Origin: Eledone cirrhosa
Taxonomy: Eukaryota
Length of the DNA: 64,000 bases
Reading direction: 5' to 3'
Assembly: GCA_964016885.1 (NCBI GenBank)
Contig: OZ024747.1
Span: 62,806,001 to 62,870,000, forward strand
The position numbers and the translations under genes were made by a program. The notes under the pieces are model-generated. The model was given only the letters and a program-made list of their open reading frames with translations. It was not told the origin of the DNA and did not search any database. Below are positions 9,859-20,880 of the stretch, piece after piece. Position 1 is the stretch's first letter, and each line of letters begins with the position of its first letter.

Positions 9859-11721
9859 TTACTTACCTTCCGGGGTCTTGTGAAGGTCGGGTGGTTCGAC
9901 CTCCATGGTTTGTGGGGTTTCTTTTGGGAACCCCTTTAATAGTCTTGACGTGGGTTTTACGTTCGGGGTTCCCACATCCCGAGGAAAGCTCTTTCGAATT
10001 TCTTTGTATGAAGCGAGCGACATTCGCATCAGAAGCAAATTATCTGGTACGCGAAATGTGCTCGCTTCAAATGTTTCCCCGTCTTTTTCGATGTTTGTGC
10101 TTCGTGCTACATGGGCCATCAATTCCTTGTTGGCCCTTCTGGCAAGCACGAAGTTTTTAATGTTTTGTTGCTCGGGTTTTATTTGTTCGTGTGATTGTGG
10201 TGGTGATAGCTTTGTTAGTGTTGTTTCTATTGTGTCTGCGTTTGTTGTGGGTGGGGTGTCTGTAGTTTCTGATGTTTGTGTGTCTATTTGTTCTTGTGTC
10301 TGTTTAGCTTGTTTGCGTTTGGGGGATTTTGGTGGTTGTGTTGGTGATGCTGTGGGGAAAATGTTTGTGTGGGTGGTGTGTGTATTTTTTTTTGTGGGGG
10401 TGTTTGTGCTTTGTGGATTTCTTTTTTTTTTGTGTTTTGTTTTTTGTATTTTGGGGGACTTTGGTTTTCCCTCATCTTCACTGCTGGAGGATGAGGGGTC
10501 TGTGGCTGTGAGCGTGTTTGTGTCTGAGTGAGTGTTTATGTTCTTGTTCGTGTGTGTATTTTGGGGGGGAGGGGGAATGGGAGAGCTTTCCTCGTTTCCC
10601 CCCTGGGTGTGCAATTTTGGTGGTTCCATTGTTGACGGTGTTGCTGGTGGTCCTTGTCCCGGCGTCGCCAGCAGTGGAATCTTTCGACCCCTTGCGCTTT
10701 TCGGCAGTTGAGGGCAGAAGGCTCGCAAGTGTGTCGTTTCCCCACAAAGGAAACAATGCGGCCTTTTGCCCTCAGTCATTATATGCAACACCCTCCCGTT
10801 TTGGAGGCGGATGTGGTCCGGGATTGTTTTTACGTTTTCGGGTCTGATTTGGAGCAGTATCTCCAGATCAACCCCGGACCAGTCGTCCCTGGCAGTTCTC
10901 GTTGCCTCTACCGGGACTGTATCCGTTCCTTCCACGATTACGCAACCCAGGAGCCACCACATATCAAGTCCTGGTGGAATCCTGGGAATGCGCACACGTG
11001 CTATTCGTTTTCCCATGTGGGAGGGGTACATTATGACCTTGCTGGTTTTGCAAGGGGTCATTGAATGCTTCACAGCGAGGGCTTCAGACTTGAACAGCAC
11101 CGAAACGGTGCCGTATTGCCTGCCCCTCTCTATGAAGTCTGTGTCCTCTCTGATGTGTTTCAGTGCGGCTTCTATGTCAGCTTGGGCGATTATCGCTGCC
11201 CTCTTTGTCTCTACTGAGATGCATCTGAAATGCACCGTTCTTTTTTCCACTGCCTCAATGGCTTCTGCCGGGACAGTTAAGTTTGCCCAGGTCTGCTCTT
11301 GATTTATGATTTTCCAGGCCTGGGCCAACTTTTCCTCTCTGTTGGTTAAGTCGATGCTGTAGCATGGTCTCCTTTTAGCCGCTGCCACAGCAGCGAAAGT
11401 GTTCTTGTTGGTGTTGTCACTGTTGTTGTTCTTGTTGGTGTTGCTGCTGCTATTGCTGTTGTTGTTCTCCCCTGTGTCGTGGTTACCTTCTGTGCTGTTG
11501 GCCTTGTTGGTGCTCTCGCTATTACCACCTTCTGCGCTGTTCGGCTTGTTGGTGTTGGTGTTGTCGCTGTTACCACCTTCCGCGCCGCTCGGCCCGTTGG
11601 TGCTGGCACTGTCGCTGCTCACATTCGTGCTGGTGGCGCTCCTCGCCTCACCTCTCCTCTCAACGCTCAAGTCGCCGTTGCACGACAGCAGACCCGCCTC
11701 TAGGGGGCGTGGCTCCGCCAT
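9859..11721 (-). CDS. ORF1 (CCHC zinc knuckle), 620 aa, copy C
   Basis: Same translation as 4064-5926. Confidence 0.9.
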   Translation of the reverse strand: MAEPRPLEAGLLSCNGDLSVERRGEARSATSTNVSSDSASTNGPSGAEGGNSDNTNTNKPNSAEGGNSESTNKANSTEGNHDTGENNNSNSSSNTNKNNNSDNTNKNTFAAVAAAKRRPCYSIDLTNREEKLAQAWKIINQEQTWANLTVPAEAIEAVEKRTVHFRCISVETKRAAIIAQADIEAALKHIREDTDFIERGRQYGTVSVLFKSEALAVKHSMTPCKTSKVIMYPSHMGKRIARVRIPRIPPGLDMWWLLGCVIVEGTDTVPVEATRTARDDWSGVDLEILLQIRPENVKTIPDHIRLQNGRVLHIMTEGKRPHCFLCGETTHLRAFCPQLPKSARGRKIPLLATPGQGPPATPSTMEPPKLHTQGGNEESSPIPPPPQNTHTNKNINTHSDTNTLTATDPSSSSSEDEGKPKSPKIQKTKHKKKRNPQSTNTPTKKNTHTTHTNIFPTASPTQPPKSPKRKQAKQTQEQIDTQTSETTDTPPTTNADTIETTLTKLSPPQSHEQIKPEQQNIKNFVLARRANKELMAHVARSTNIEKDGETFEASTFRVPDNLLLMRMSLASYKEIRKSFPRDVGTPNVKPTSRLLKGFPKETPQTMEVEPPDLHKTPEGK

Positions 11722-11930
11722 GTTTTTTTGAGAAAAAAATTATTATTTTTTTCAAAATAAAGTTCAAATATTTGGGCCAAAAGGCCCAAATATTATGAGT
11801 TATTCCTTCACAGGATACAAATTAATGTCTTATAATGCTTCAGCGGTACAAAAAATAAACAATTCTCTACAATTAATCCTCAAAAATTGCTTACTCACGG
11901 AGCTTCAAAAAACGTACATCCACTTTCGTC

Positions 11931-11984
11931 AATAATAATAATAATAATAATGTAAAGACCCCCTTCAGTCATGACTATGTCCAT
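11931..11984 (-). repeat. (AAT)7 tract plus short SINE 3'-end remnant at the array boundary
   Basis: gtaaagacccccttcagtcatga..atgtccat matches the SINE end at about 29795-29822 and the reverse complement of about 41295-41323. Confidence 0.7.
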
Positions 11985-12314
11985 TTTCTTCGACAAGCTT
12001 CGTCTGTTAATATATATATATATACACACACACACACACGTGTGTGTGTATATTTATATATATATATTTATATATATACACACACATATGTGTGTATATA
12101 TATATACATACATACACACACGTGTGTATATATATGTATATATATACACACACATATGTGTGTGTATGTATATATATATATAAATATACATACGCACACG
12201 TGTGTATATATACATACATATACACACACATGTATGTGTATGTGTATATATATATATATATATATACACATATAGACACACATGTATGTGTATATATATA
12301 TATATACACATATA

Positions 12315-12360
<46 letters not shown>

Positions 12361-12679
12361 CACACACATATATGTGTGTGTGTGTATGTGTATATATATA
12401 TATACACACACACACACATATATGTGTATATATATATATACACATACATGTGTGTCTATATGTGTATATATATATATATATATACACATACATGTGTGTG
12501 TATATGTATGTATATATACACACGTGTGTGTATGTATATTTATATATATATATACATACACACACATATGTGTGTGTGTATATATATACATATATATACA
12601 CACGTGTGTGTATGTATGTATATATATATACACACATATGTGTGTGTATATATATATATATAAATATACACACACACAC

Positions 12680-12713
<34 letters not shown>

Positions 12714-12955
12714 TAACAGACGAAGCTTGTCGAAGAAAATGGACATATATGTGTGTGTGTGTGTATATATATATACACACACATATATACATACATATAT
12801 GTGTGTATACACACACACACACACACACGCGCGCGCGCAGAAGCTTATGTTAAGTTAACGTCTGCTTCGTAAATATATATATTTACACACACACACACAC
12901 GTGCATGTGTGTGTGTGTGGAAGCAGACGTTAACTTAACATAAGCTTCTGCGTTA
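11977..12955. repeat. (TA/CA/TG)n compound microsatellite bracketed by inverted repeats
   Basis: tatgtccattttcttcgacaagcttcgtctgttaa at about 11977-12010 is inverted at about 12712-12748; a second inverted pair lies at about 12836-12869 / 12920-12952. Confidence 0.85.
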
Positions 12956-13442
12956 AAGCTAACTACCTCCAAGGTCAGCTGAAAACATTTAGCGGCGTTT
13001 GACATCTTTGTAAAGAGTATTAAAGTAGTGTAAATCTTGTGTGTGCATTGATGTCGTAAACGTTGAGTTGCAGTATTTACGTGAGTGTAGAAAAAATGTG
13101 TTAAAAGATAGAATAAGTTTAGCTATAGTCTTTGTGTGCGTGGGGAGAAGAGATATGTTAAAAGACAAAAATTATAGTCTCTAAGGCGAATTTTCAAAGT
13201 TTTTAGAACGTCAGCTAAAATGCTATGAGCTTAATGCTCTGTGTGATCTGAGTTCAAATTCCGCCGAATATCGATATAAAATGTACCAGTCCAGTACTGG
13301 ATAAGTGCATCGCCCACTATGGGAACTATCTTAGTTGGCTTAAATCAATGAAGGCTAAGAGTATCGGTATATCAGCTTCTCACTTTCAGACATGATAAAC
13401 ACGTATCTTTCAGTCATTCATAGGGTAGATGATAATAATAAT

Positions 13443-13620
13443 AATTGTTTCTACTTTTGGTTCAAGGCCAGCAATTATCCCAGTACCTTATTTTATCGAC
13501 CCCGTAAAGATGAAAAGCAAAGTTAACCTTGGCAGGATTTGAACTCAGACCATAAAGGGGCGTAACTCTATGCTACAAAGCATGGCGCCTGACCCTCTAC
13601 CGATACTGCCAATCCACCGA
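13443..13620 (-). mobile_element. tRNA-derived SINE, family A
   Basis: Reverse complement of the copy at 59710-59897; (ATT)-type tail. Confidence 0.8.
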
Positions 13621-13759
13621 ATGATGAAAATTATTATGTACAGTGTTCAGGTGCACAACAACTCATCAAAGGTGCTTATATAGTACATAGAATAATGTAC
13701 AAATGTCAGGAAAGTCAACAGTGTATGAGTCATGATACACCACATACGCACATACGTGT

Positions 13760-14390
13760 GTGTGTATGGAGGTGGAATATCAGGTCTAGTGTTAGTGAAT
13801 TTCAGGTCTAGCATGGAAGTTTTGAAGGATGCAGTGTCACGGCAGCTAACAACTGATTCAGGAAGTTTATTCCAGGCTTCAGCAACTCTGAGCGTGAAAA
13901 AATGTCTCCGAATATCATGGGAGCTATACTGTTCTCTGATTTTTTTAGCATGCCCACAGGTGTTATACACATGGAATTCAAAAAGGTGCCCAGGGTTGTT
14001 GTTGGAAAGATGGTTAATAATCTTGTGGGTGTCTACCAAGTCAGCTGCCAGACGCCGGAGCTTTAACGTATCCATGCTCACTGAAGCAAGGCGTTCAGAG
14101 TATGGAAGATTCCTGATGGAAGGTATTCGTTTGGTTGCAAGTCTATGAACAGTTTCCAAGAGATCAATATTCTGAGCAAGACGGGGGTTCCAGATTGGTG
14201 ATGCAAATTCAAAGTGTAGACAGCATTAGATAGATAGCTGGAGAGCAGCTGGGAAAGGACTTACTGAGTGATGCCAAGAAACCCTCGGCCTTCTTGACAA
14301 CTTTGGTTGTTGTTGGAAAGATTTTTAATAATCTTGTGGGTGTCTCCCAAGTCAGTTACCAGACGTCGGAGCTTTAATGTATCTATGGTG
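13760..14390 (-). mobile_element. Degraded CR1/L2-group LINE 3' coding remnant
   Basis: Translation LPYSERL..RRLAADL..KIIN..RRHFFTLRVAEAWNKLPESVV..SFK is typical of CR1-group ORF2 C-termini; partial internal duplication near 14305-14385. Confidence 0.8.
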
Positions 14391-14858
14391 GCTATTATGG
14401 AAGTGCTAACAATTTCAAACAAACAATAACAGCTACTATGAAAACAATAAAAGCTATTATAAAAACGATGACAATTTCCAACAAATAACCGTTCATTGAG
14501 TAGAAGATGTTATCAACTATTATAAAAACGATAATTTCCAAATTTCAATAACAACAGCATTAATGCATTTCTATTCAATACAAAGGAAATTGTTGCCATG
14601 ATAAATCCTATATTTTCAGACAAAACTATATCCCACCTCATATTGCCAGTTAAATATTGTTGATTTTACAAATTACCAGATATTTTATAGATCTTTACCA
14701 TTAACCAAAAAAATTGTTAATCTCTGTTGCTTAAGTATCTGTTTTTGTTGTTTTGCTTTGTGTTTATTCTGCTCTTTGAGTGTACAGCTATAAAATACAG
14801 TTCTCTTTCTCTTAACCTCTCAGGTGTGTGTGTGTTTATATATATATGTATGTATATT

Positions 14859-14957
14859 CAGGATGCCCCCAAAAATGTATACACACTTTGATTACCTGTA
14901 CAAGCAAAATTTATTAAAATGCTGTTGAAGAGTGTATACATTTTTTTGGACACCCTG
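14859..14957. mobile_element. Small Tc1/mariner-type MITE
   Basis: Imperfect TIRs caggatgcccccaaaaatgtatacac / gtgtatacatttttttggacaccctg in a TA-rich context. Confidence 0.6.
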
Positions 14958-14964
14958 CATATAT

Positions 14965-14991
<27 letters not shown>

Positions 14992-15003
<12 letters not shown>

Positions 15004-15796
15004 GATCGAGTATCGAAAAATCGGCGCACGAGTTCACGATAAACGAGATTCGACATGAACGGCAGAGGGCTCAATAATTCAGATGAATCAGAGCTATAAC
15101 TATCGTTAAAATACCGTCACATATAGAACAAGTCTACAATCAACCATACGATTTAAAATCGATAGAGGAAGATTCGGGACAAACAGATAAAAAATATCAA
15201 TAAAACAATACGTCAATAATTTAAATGAATGTAAAATCATACCCGGACCCACTAGACAGGTGTTAAATCTAGCTTCATGGGTTTCTGTAAATCCTTAGAC
15301 TGTACTCTATCAGCTCACATATAAATATAAAAGCCTATTAGAGTAAGCGGGAACGGAGTTTTACTTTCTCAACGAGTTTTTTCCTGGCGGCAGAGGAGCC
15401 AACTACCAGTGAAAAACGCACATGGCATTAGACAAGGGAGATGACCCCTATATCCGCGAAAACAATTCGAGTGAATGTGGAAATACACATATCGAATTAG
15501 AGTGCTCAATAGACATGTTAAAATAAAACAAAAGCTATTCATCACTCAATAGAATCGACAAAAAATGAGCAATAAAATTAACTGGTGGATAGCTATGTCC
15601 AGAGCTAAATATATTAGAAAGATCGAGTATCGAAAAATCGGCGCACGAGTTCACGATAAACGAGATTCGACATGAACGGCAGAGGGCTCAATAATTCAGA
15701 TGAATCAGAGCTATAACTATCGTTAAAATACCGTCACATATAGAACAAGTCTACAATCAACCATACGATTTAAAATCGATAGAGGAAGATTCGGGA
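14992..15796. repeat. Element with identical 188-bp terminal direct repeats, flanked by (TA)n
   Basis: 14992-15179 equals 15609-15796 (offset 617). Confidence 0.85.
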
Positions 15797-15821
15797 ATAT
15801 ATATATATATATATATCTATA

Positions 15822-16794
15822 TCTGTATATATATAAAATTAAGTATGTGTATTACCTATAGGGGCCTACATCTTACGACCGATTTTCATGAAACTTTACA
15901 GGCTCATAGATTAGTCATCGGGGAGTGTTTTCTATATATCAGCGTATCGTTTTTTTCCGGGGTCATTCTGCAGATAAAATCGATGGGGGGCGGGGGGCAC
16001 CTTTTTTTAGGTATCGAAAAATAAGATTTTTGGCTCTAGCTCCCACATTTTGCCACCGATTTTGTTCAAATTTTAAAGCAAAATAAAATTTATCATTGCA
16101 CATCCTGTAATGGCTTTGTATTTTGCATTTGTTGTTCAGGGACGGCGTGGCAGCCGCTTAAATATTCAAAAATACCACTTTTAGACTCAAATTTTCACTT
16201 TGTTCAAATTTTACACTATGCTAGATCTGATTATTTCACGTCTTAAAGTGGCTTTATATTTTGGATATTTTGTTCAGGAACGACGTAGCAGCCGCTTGAA
16301 TATTCGAAATTACAACCTTTTCGCTCAAATTTCCGCCTTTTCGGTTCTAGCTCCCTCATTTTTCAACCGATTTCGTTCAAATTCGAAACTTCGGTTCCGC
16401 CTCACACATAAATCAATTTATTTGATTCAACTTTTATACTACGATAGAACCTATCATTGCACATCTTATAGTAGCTTTACACTTTGCATTTTTTGTTCAG
16501 GGACGACGTGGCAGCCGTTTAACTCTGCAAAATACGAATTTTCCACCTCCCACATATTCCATACGATTTTACTCAACATTTCGCCATTTGCTACACCTTA
16601 CGACCGATTTTCAAGAAACTCGCAGTCGCTAAGATCAACACCTTTTCATCAAAGCAGATATTATTTTACTTGCCTTTCATCCTTACGGGGTCGATAAAAT
16701 AAAGTACCAGTAATGCGCTGGGTAATTGCTGGCCTTGTGCCAAAAGTAGAAACAATTATTTTACCTACCCAGGCAACGCTGGGTACTGCTGCTA

Positions 16795-16795
<1 letters not shown>
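15822..16795 (+). mobile_element. Non-autonomous Helitron with a nested SINE fragment
   Basis: A|TCTGTATATATATAAAA start; 3' hairpin ACCCAGGCAACGCTGGGT then CTAG|T; repeated internal ccgatttt motifs; SINE A fragment at about 16665-16760. Confidence 0.7.
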
Positions 16796-16863
<68 letters not shown>

Positions 16864-17475
16864 TATATATATACATATACACATATATACATATACACAT
16901 ATATACATATATACATACATACATATATACATACATATATACATACATACATATACACATATACACATATATATACATATACACATATATATACATATAT
17001 ATATATACATAAATACACATACATACACATACATACATTATATATATACACACACACACACACATATATATATATACACACACACACACATATATATATA
17101 TACACACACACACATATATATACACACACACATATATATATAGATATATACATATATATGTATATATATGTGTGTGCGCGCGCATACACACATATATATA
17201 TACATCACATCATTCTGACTCTCTTCTTCACTTTTGCAGTAAAGTGTCATGAAATATATACACACACACACACATATATATGTGTGTGGCGCGCGCATAC
17301 ACACATATATATACATCACATCATTCTGACTCTCTTCTTCACTTTTGCAGTAAAGTGTCATGAAATATATACACACACACACACATATATATGTGTGTGG
17401 CGTGCGCATACACACATATATATATATCACATCATTCTGACTCTCTTCTTCACTTTTGCAGTAAAGTGTCATGAA
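16796..17475. repeat. (TA)n/(TACA)n microsatellite followed by three tandem units of about 125 bp
   Basis: The core tcacatcattctgactctcttcttcacttttgcagtaaagtgtcatgaaa occurs three times. Confidence 0.9.
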
Positions 17476-17842
17476 AAGTATGATCTTTTAAAAGTGTATC
17501 AATCTGTTATTCCGACCATCAATTATATTAAGTATTCTTGCCTATGCCAGTCGAGATGTTTTGACTGGAACATTTATATTTCTCATTTCTTTCTATTTCC
17601 TTTTTTCTAGCTTGTTTTATTTTTGTTCAAACATTAACTATTAAAAGCAATTTTACAATCCTATGGTTTTATTATTATACATTATCATTTCCTAACCAAA
17701 TATCAGAATTTTAACATGGCTTGAGGATTTAGATGTTAGGTTTTATAGTCTCTGCAGAGAAACCTTATACATCCATTAGCCTTTATATACACGTGACATG
17801 TGTGTTATGTGTATATATTATAAGTGCAAATACAACTTCAAT

Positions 17843-17878
<36 letters not shown>

Positions 17879-18019
17879 CAGGTTTGAGGTTCACCACTGT
17901 ATAGAGCTGGTCTATTCCGTATGGTCAATCGTAATGCAATAATATAGAGAGTACTCAACGTAAGGCAGTTCAACCGTCTTTGTTTTTGTAGTTGGTGGTG
18001 CTATTACGGAGTTAAATAT

Positions 18020-18175
18020 TATAATGAAATGACAGGAGGCTGGATTTGTGTAAATCCTTGAAAGGTTTATTATACTATGATCATTTCAATGACCGGGTTC
18101 CGTATGAATGATCATAGTATAATAAACCTTTCAAGGATTTACACAAATCCAGCCTCCTGTCATTTCATTATATTA
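18020..18175. repeat. Inverted repeat with arms of about 65 bp
   Basis: ataatgaaatgacaggaggctgg...gatcatt / aatgatc...cctcctgtcatttcattat. Confidence 0.9.
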
Positions 18176-18250
18176 TATATATATGTATTTATATATGTGT
18201 GTATATATATACAACCATACACACACATATATAAATACACACACACATAT

Positions 18251-18289
<39 letters not shown>

Positions 18290-18307
18290 TATATATATAT
18301 ATATATA

Positions 18308-18427
18308 TAGGACCGAGTAGGACCCCGACGGCTGAGCTCAAACCGTTTTGACGGCTAATTCTGGACTAGTCCAGAATTAGCCGTCGAAACGGTTTGAGCT
18401 CAGCCGTCGGGGTCCTACTCGTTCCTA
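18308..18427. repeat. Near-perfect 120-bp palindrome
   Basis: Centred on ggactagtcc (18363-18372) with no spacer; two mismatches seen. Confidence 0.95.
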
Positions 18428-18502
18428 TTACCCACTCTACTACACTAAGTATTGAGTAATTTGGTGCATTATGGTCCATCTGATTCCTTACCACATTTCC
18501 TT

Positions 18503-18540
<38 letters not shown>

Positions 18541-18842
18541 TTTTGGAGAAATCTGAAGATTTACATTTCTCAGGTAATTGGTAATTCATTTTAAAAGTAG
18601 GTTTTATTTGTTTAAAAACAAATAGAGCCAAGTTTCTGAACCAAGTGCATTGTATAAAAGCTTCAAAGTGTTTATATAAAAACAATATAAATTATATAAT
18701 AACAATAGCGAACTTGCTGGATTTAAATATCCTTTATCGGGTGGAACTACTTCTTTCACTTCTTTGAAAATCTTGAATTTTGTTCTAAATTTTAAAATTT
18801 AAATCTTTCTTCACATTCAATAAAACAGCATCATCACAATAA

Positions 18843-19390
18843 TAATTGTTTCTACTTTTTGGCACAAGGCCAGCAAATACCCAGTACATTACTGGTACTT
18901 TATTTTATCGACCTCGTATGATGACAGGCAAAGTTAACCTCGAGGGGATTTGAACTCAGACCGTAAAGGGATGTAACTATGCTAGAAAGCATGGCACCCA
19001 ACCCTCTACTGATACTGCCAATCCACCACCCTCACCACAATAATAATGGTTTCTGGTTTAGACACAAGGCCAACAATTTTGGGGGAGGGGAAAGTCGATT
19101 AAATCAACCCCATTGAGTTACTGGTGCTTTATTTTATTGACCGTGTAATGATGAAAGGCAAAGCTAACCTCAGCAGGATTTGAACTCAGAATGTAAAGGG
19201 TCATAACTCTGTGCAATAAAGGATGTTGTCCGACGCTCTACCGATTACTGCCAATCCACTACTCTCGTCATGACAATAATGATTTCTACTATAGGTCATA
19301 AATATTTTGGGGAAATGGAAAGTCGAAACCAGAGTATTACTGGTACTTTATTTTATCGACACTGTAAGGATGAAAGGCAAAGCTAACCCC
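18843..19390 (-). mobile_element. Cluster of family A SINE copies
   Basis: Repeated ggtactttattttatcgac..gatgaaaggcaaag and gatttgaactcag motifs. Confidence 0.8.
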
Positions 19391-19847
19391 CATAACAATA
19401 ATAACAACAACTACAACAGCGAGAAATATTAAAACTATTTTTTATCAAAACATTTGAAAACTTTATTTGATCTCTGTAACCTCAATAATCAAATAAAATA
19501 TCTGGTTTCTGTTGTAGTTAAAAGTGTTAAATCTGTTTTAATATCTTGTTTTTTTTTTACTCCAGTTACATTTGAAAACTAGTTTTTACTTTCTACAATT
19601 TCAACCATGAAACATTATATGTATGTATTGTAAGTTTTAAGATTCACCCGAAGCTTATGAAAAGTCTTATTTCTGGAAGATTACAGAAATTTCAATAGAT
19701 TTCACAACCTCAGCATATATTTCTGAAATGTCGCAAATACAATATAGAATATATTAGTCATATAGAATATATTAGTCATATATATAGTCATATTTGGTAG
19801 TTTAATAGGTAAAGTGTTATATTCATGTCATGAGCAACGTTGAATTA

Positions 19848-19884
<37 letters not shown>

Positions 19885-19964
19885 TCTCCCACCCCCCACT
19901 CTCAAGCGTGAACCTAATACCAACACTGTTTGTACTGCACTCTTCGTTATTGTTTTTTGTTTTT

Positions 19965-20057
<93 letters not shown>

Positions 20058-20058
20058 G

Positions 20059-20106
<48 letters not shown>

Positions 20107-20379
20107 TATATATATATATGTATTGCCATTTATTCATTCAGTTTTCTTTTCGCTCCTGAAGAATGAAGGGCAGTAAAGTACATCAAACTTATCATCTTAC
20201 CAATGGCTGTGTAGTTACTATTTAAGGTAGCTTAAAATGGAGTGGGAATAGGAAGAAAGCAAGAACAGGGGGGTTTCCTCATGAGTTGTCTACTGGGGTC
20301 TCGGATATTTCTACGCTTTAAAGACAAGATATCTGCCGCCCAGAGCGTCACTAACTGGATAAGTTATTGGGAAAACGGA

Positions 20380-20880
20380 GGCGGGAGGGAAGGAAAACAA
20401 AGGGGAAGAAAAGAGAAAACTGAAAAACTAGCGAACAAAAAAAACAACAAACTGAGCAATGTGCGAGCAACTTAAGGTTCTCCCTTTCTCCCTCTCACTT
20501 TCACTCATCCTCTCTACCAGTCTTCTCTCTTCTTCTACCTAACTATTTCGTTACTATCTACTCTTACCCCACTTTCTTCCACTTCCTTTCTCCCTCTCAC
20601 TTTCACTCATCCTCTCTGCCTGCCACCCCTAGTAGTCCTTTTCTGACTTACAACTGCTGGGGTCAGACGTGTCTTTTCTCTCGCCCACGCAGTCTTGAAC
20701 CAAAGTTCACTCATCGTGTGGTGTTGGATTTTCTTACCTTAAGTTGCTCGCACATTGCTCGGTTTGTTTTTTCATTTTCGCTGTTTTTTCAGTGTTTTCT
20801 CTTTTCTTCCCTTTTGTTTTCCTTCCCTCCCTCCCTGATGATGGCCAGTTAAGCCTGAAATGCATAGACGGTTGTCCCCC
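20380..20880 (+). mobile_element. Penelope-like pLTR remnant with inverted arm and minimal hammerhead motif
   Basis: About 20380-20477 is inverted at about 20737-20833; then CTGATGA-T-GGC..GCC-T-GAAA-TGCA-TA at 20835-20866. Confidence 0.6.

Larger units (their letters stand above)
6136..11930 (-). mobile_element. Full-length Tx1-like non-LTR retrotransposon, copy C (5795 bp including (ATT)5 tail)
   Basis: Near-identical to copy B. Differences seen are substitutions at 2289/8084 and 3229/9024, a 6-bp indel in the 3' UTR, and tail length. Confidence 0.95.

Noticed and set aside
812-11731. Many plus-strand ORFs within the array
   Set aside because: Antisense shadows of ORF1 and ORF2 with no recognisable motifs.
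1-11951. HeT-A/TART-like telomere-elongating array
   Set aside because: No telomeric repeats are seen. The 5' ends face ordinary genomic DNA, the opposite of terminal-addition polarity if the left side were a chromosome end.
12712-12748. Hammerhead-like CAGACGA..GAA
   Set aside because: The core is mutated and no convincing stems I or III form.
17170-17475. CRISPR-like repeat/spacer appearance
   Set aside because: The spacers are near-identical microsatellite, there are no cas genes and the context is eukaryotic; a plain tandem repeat.
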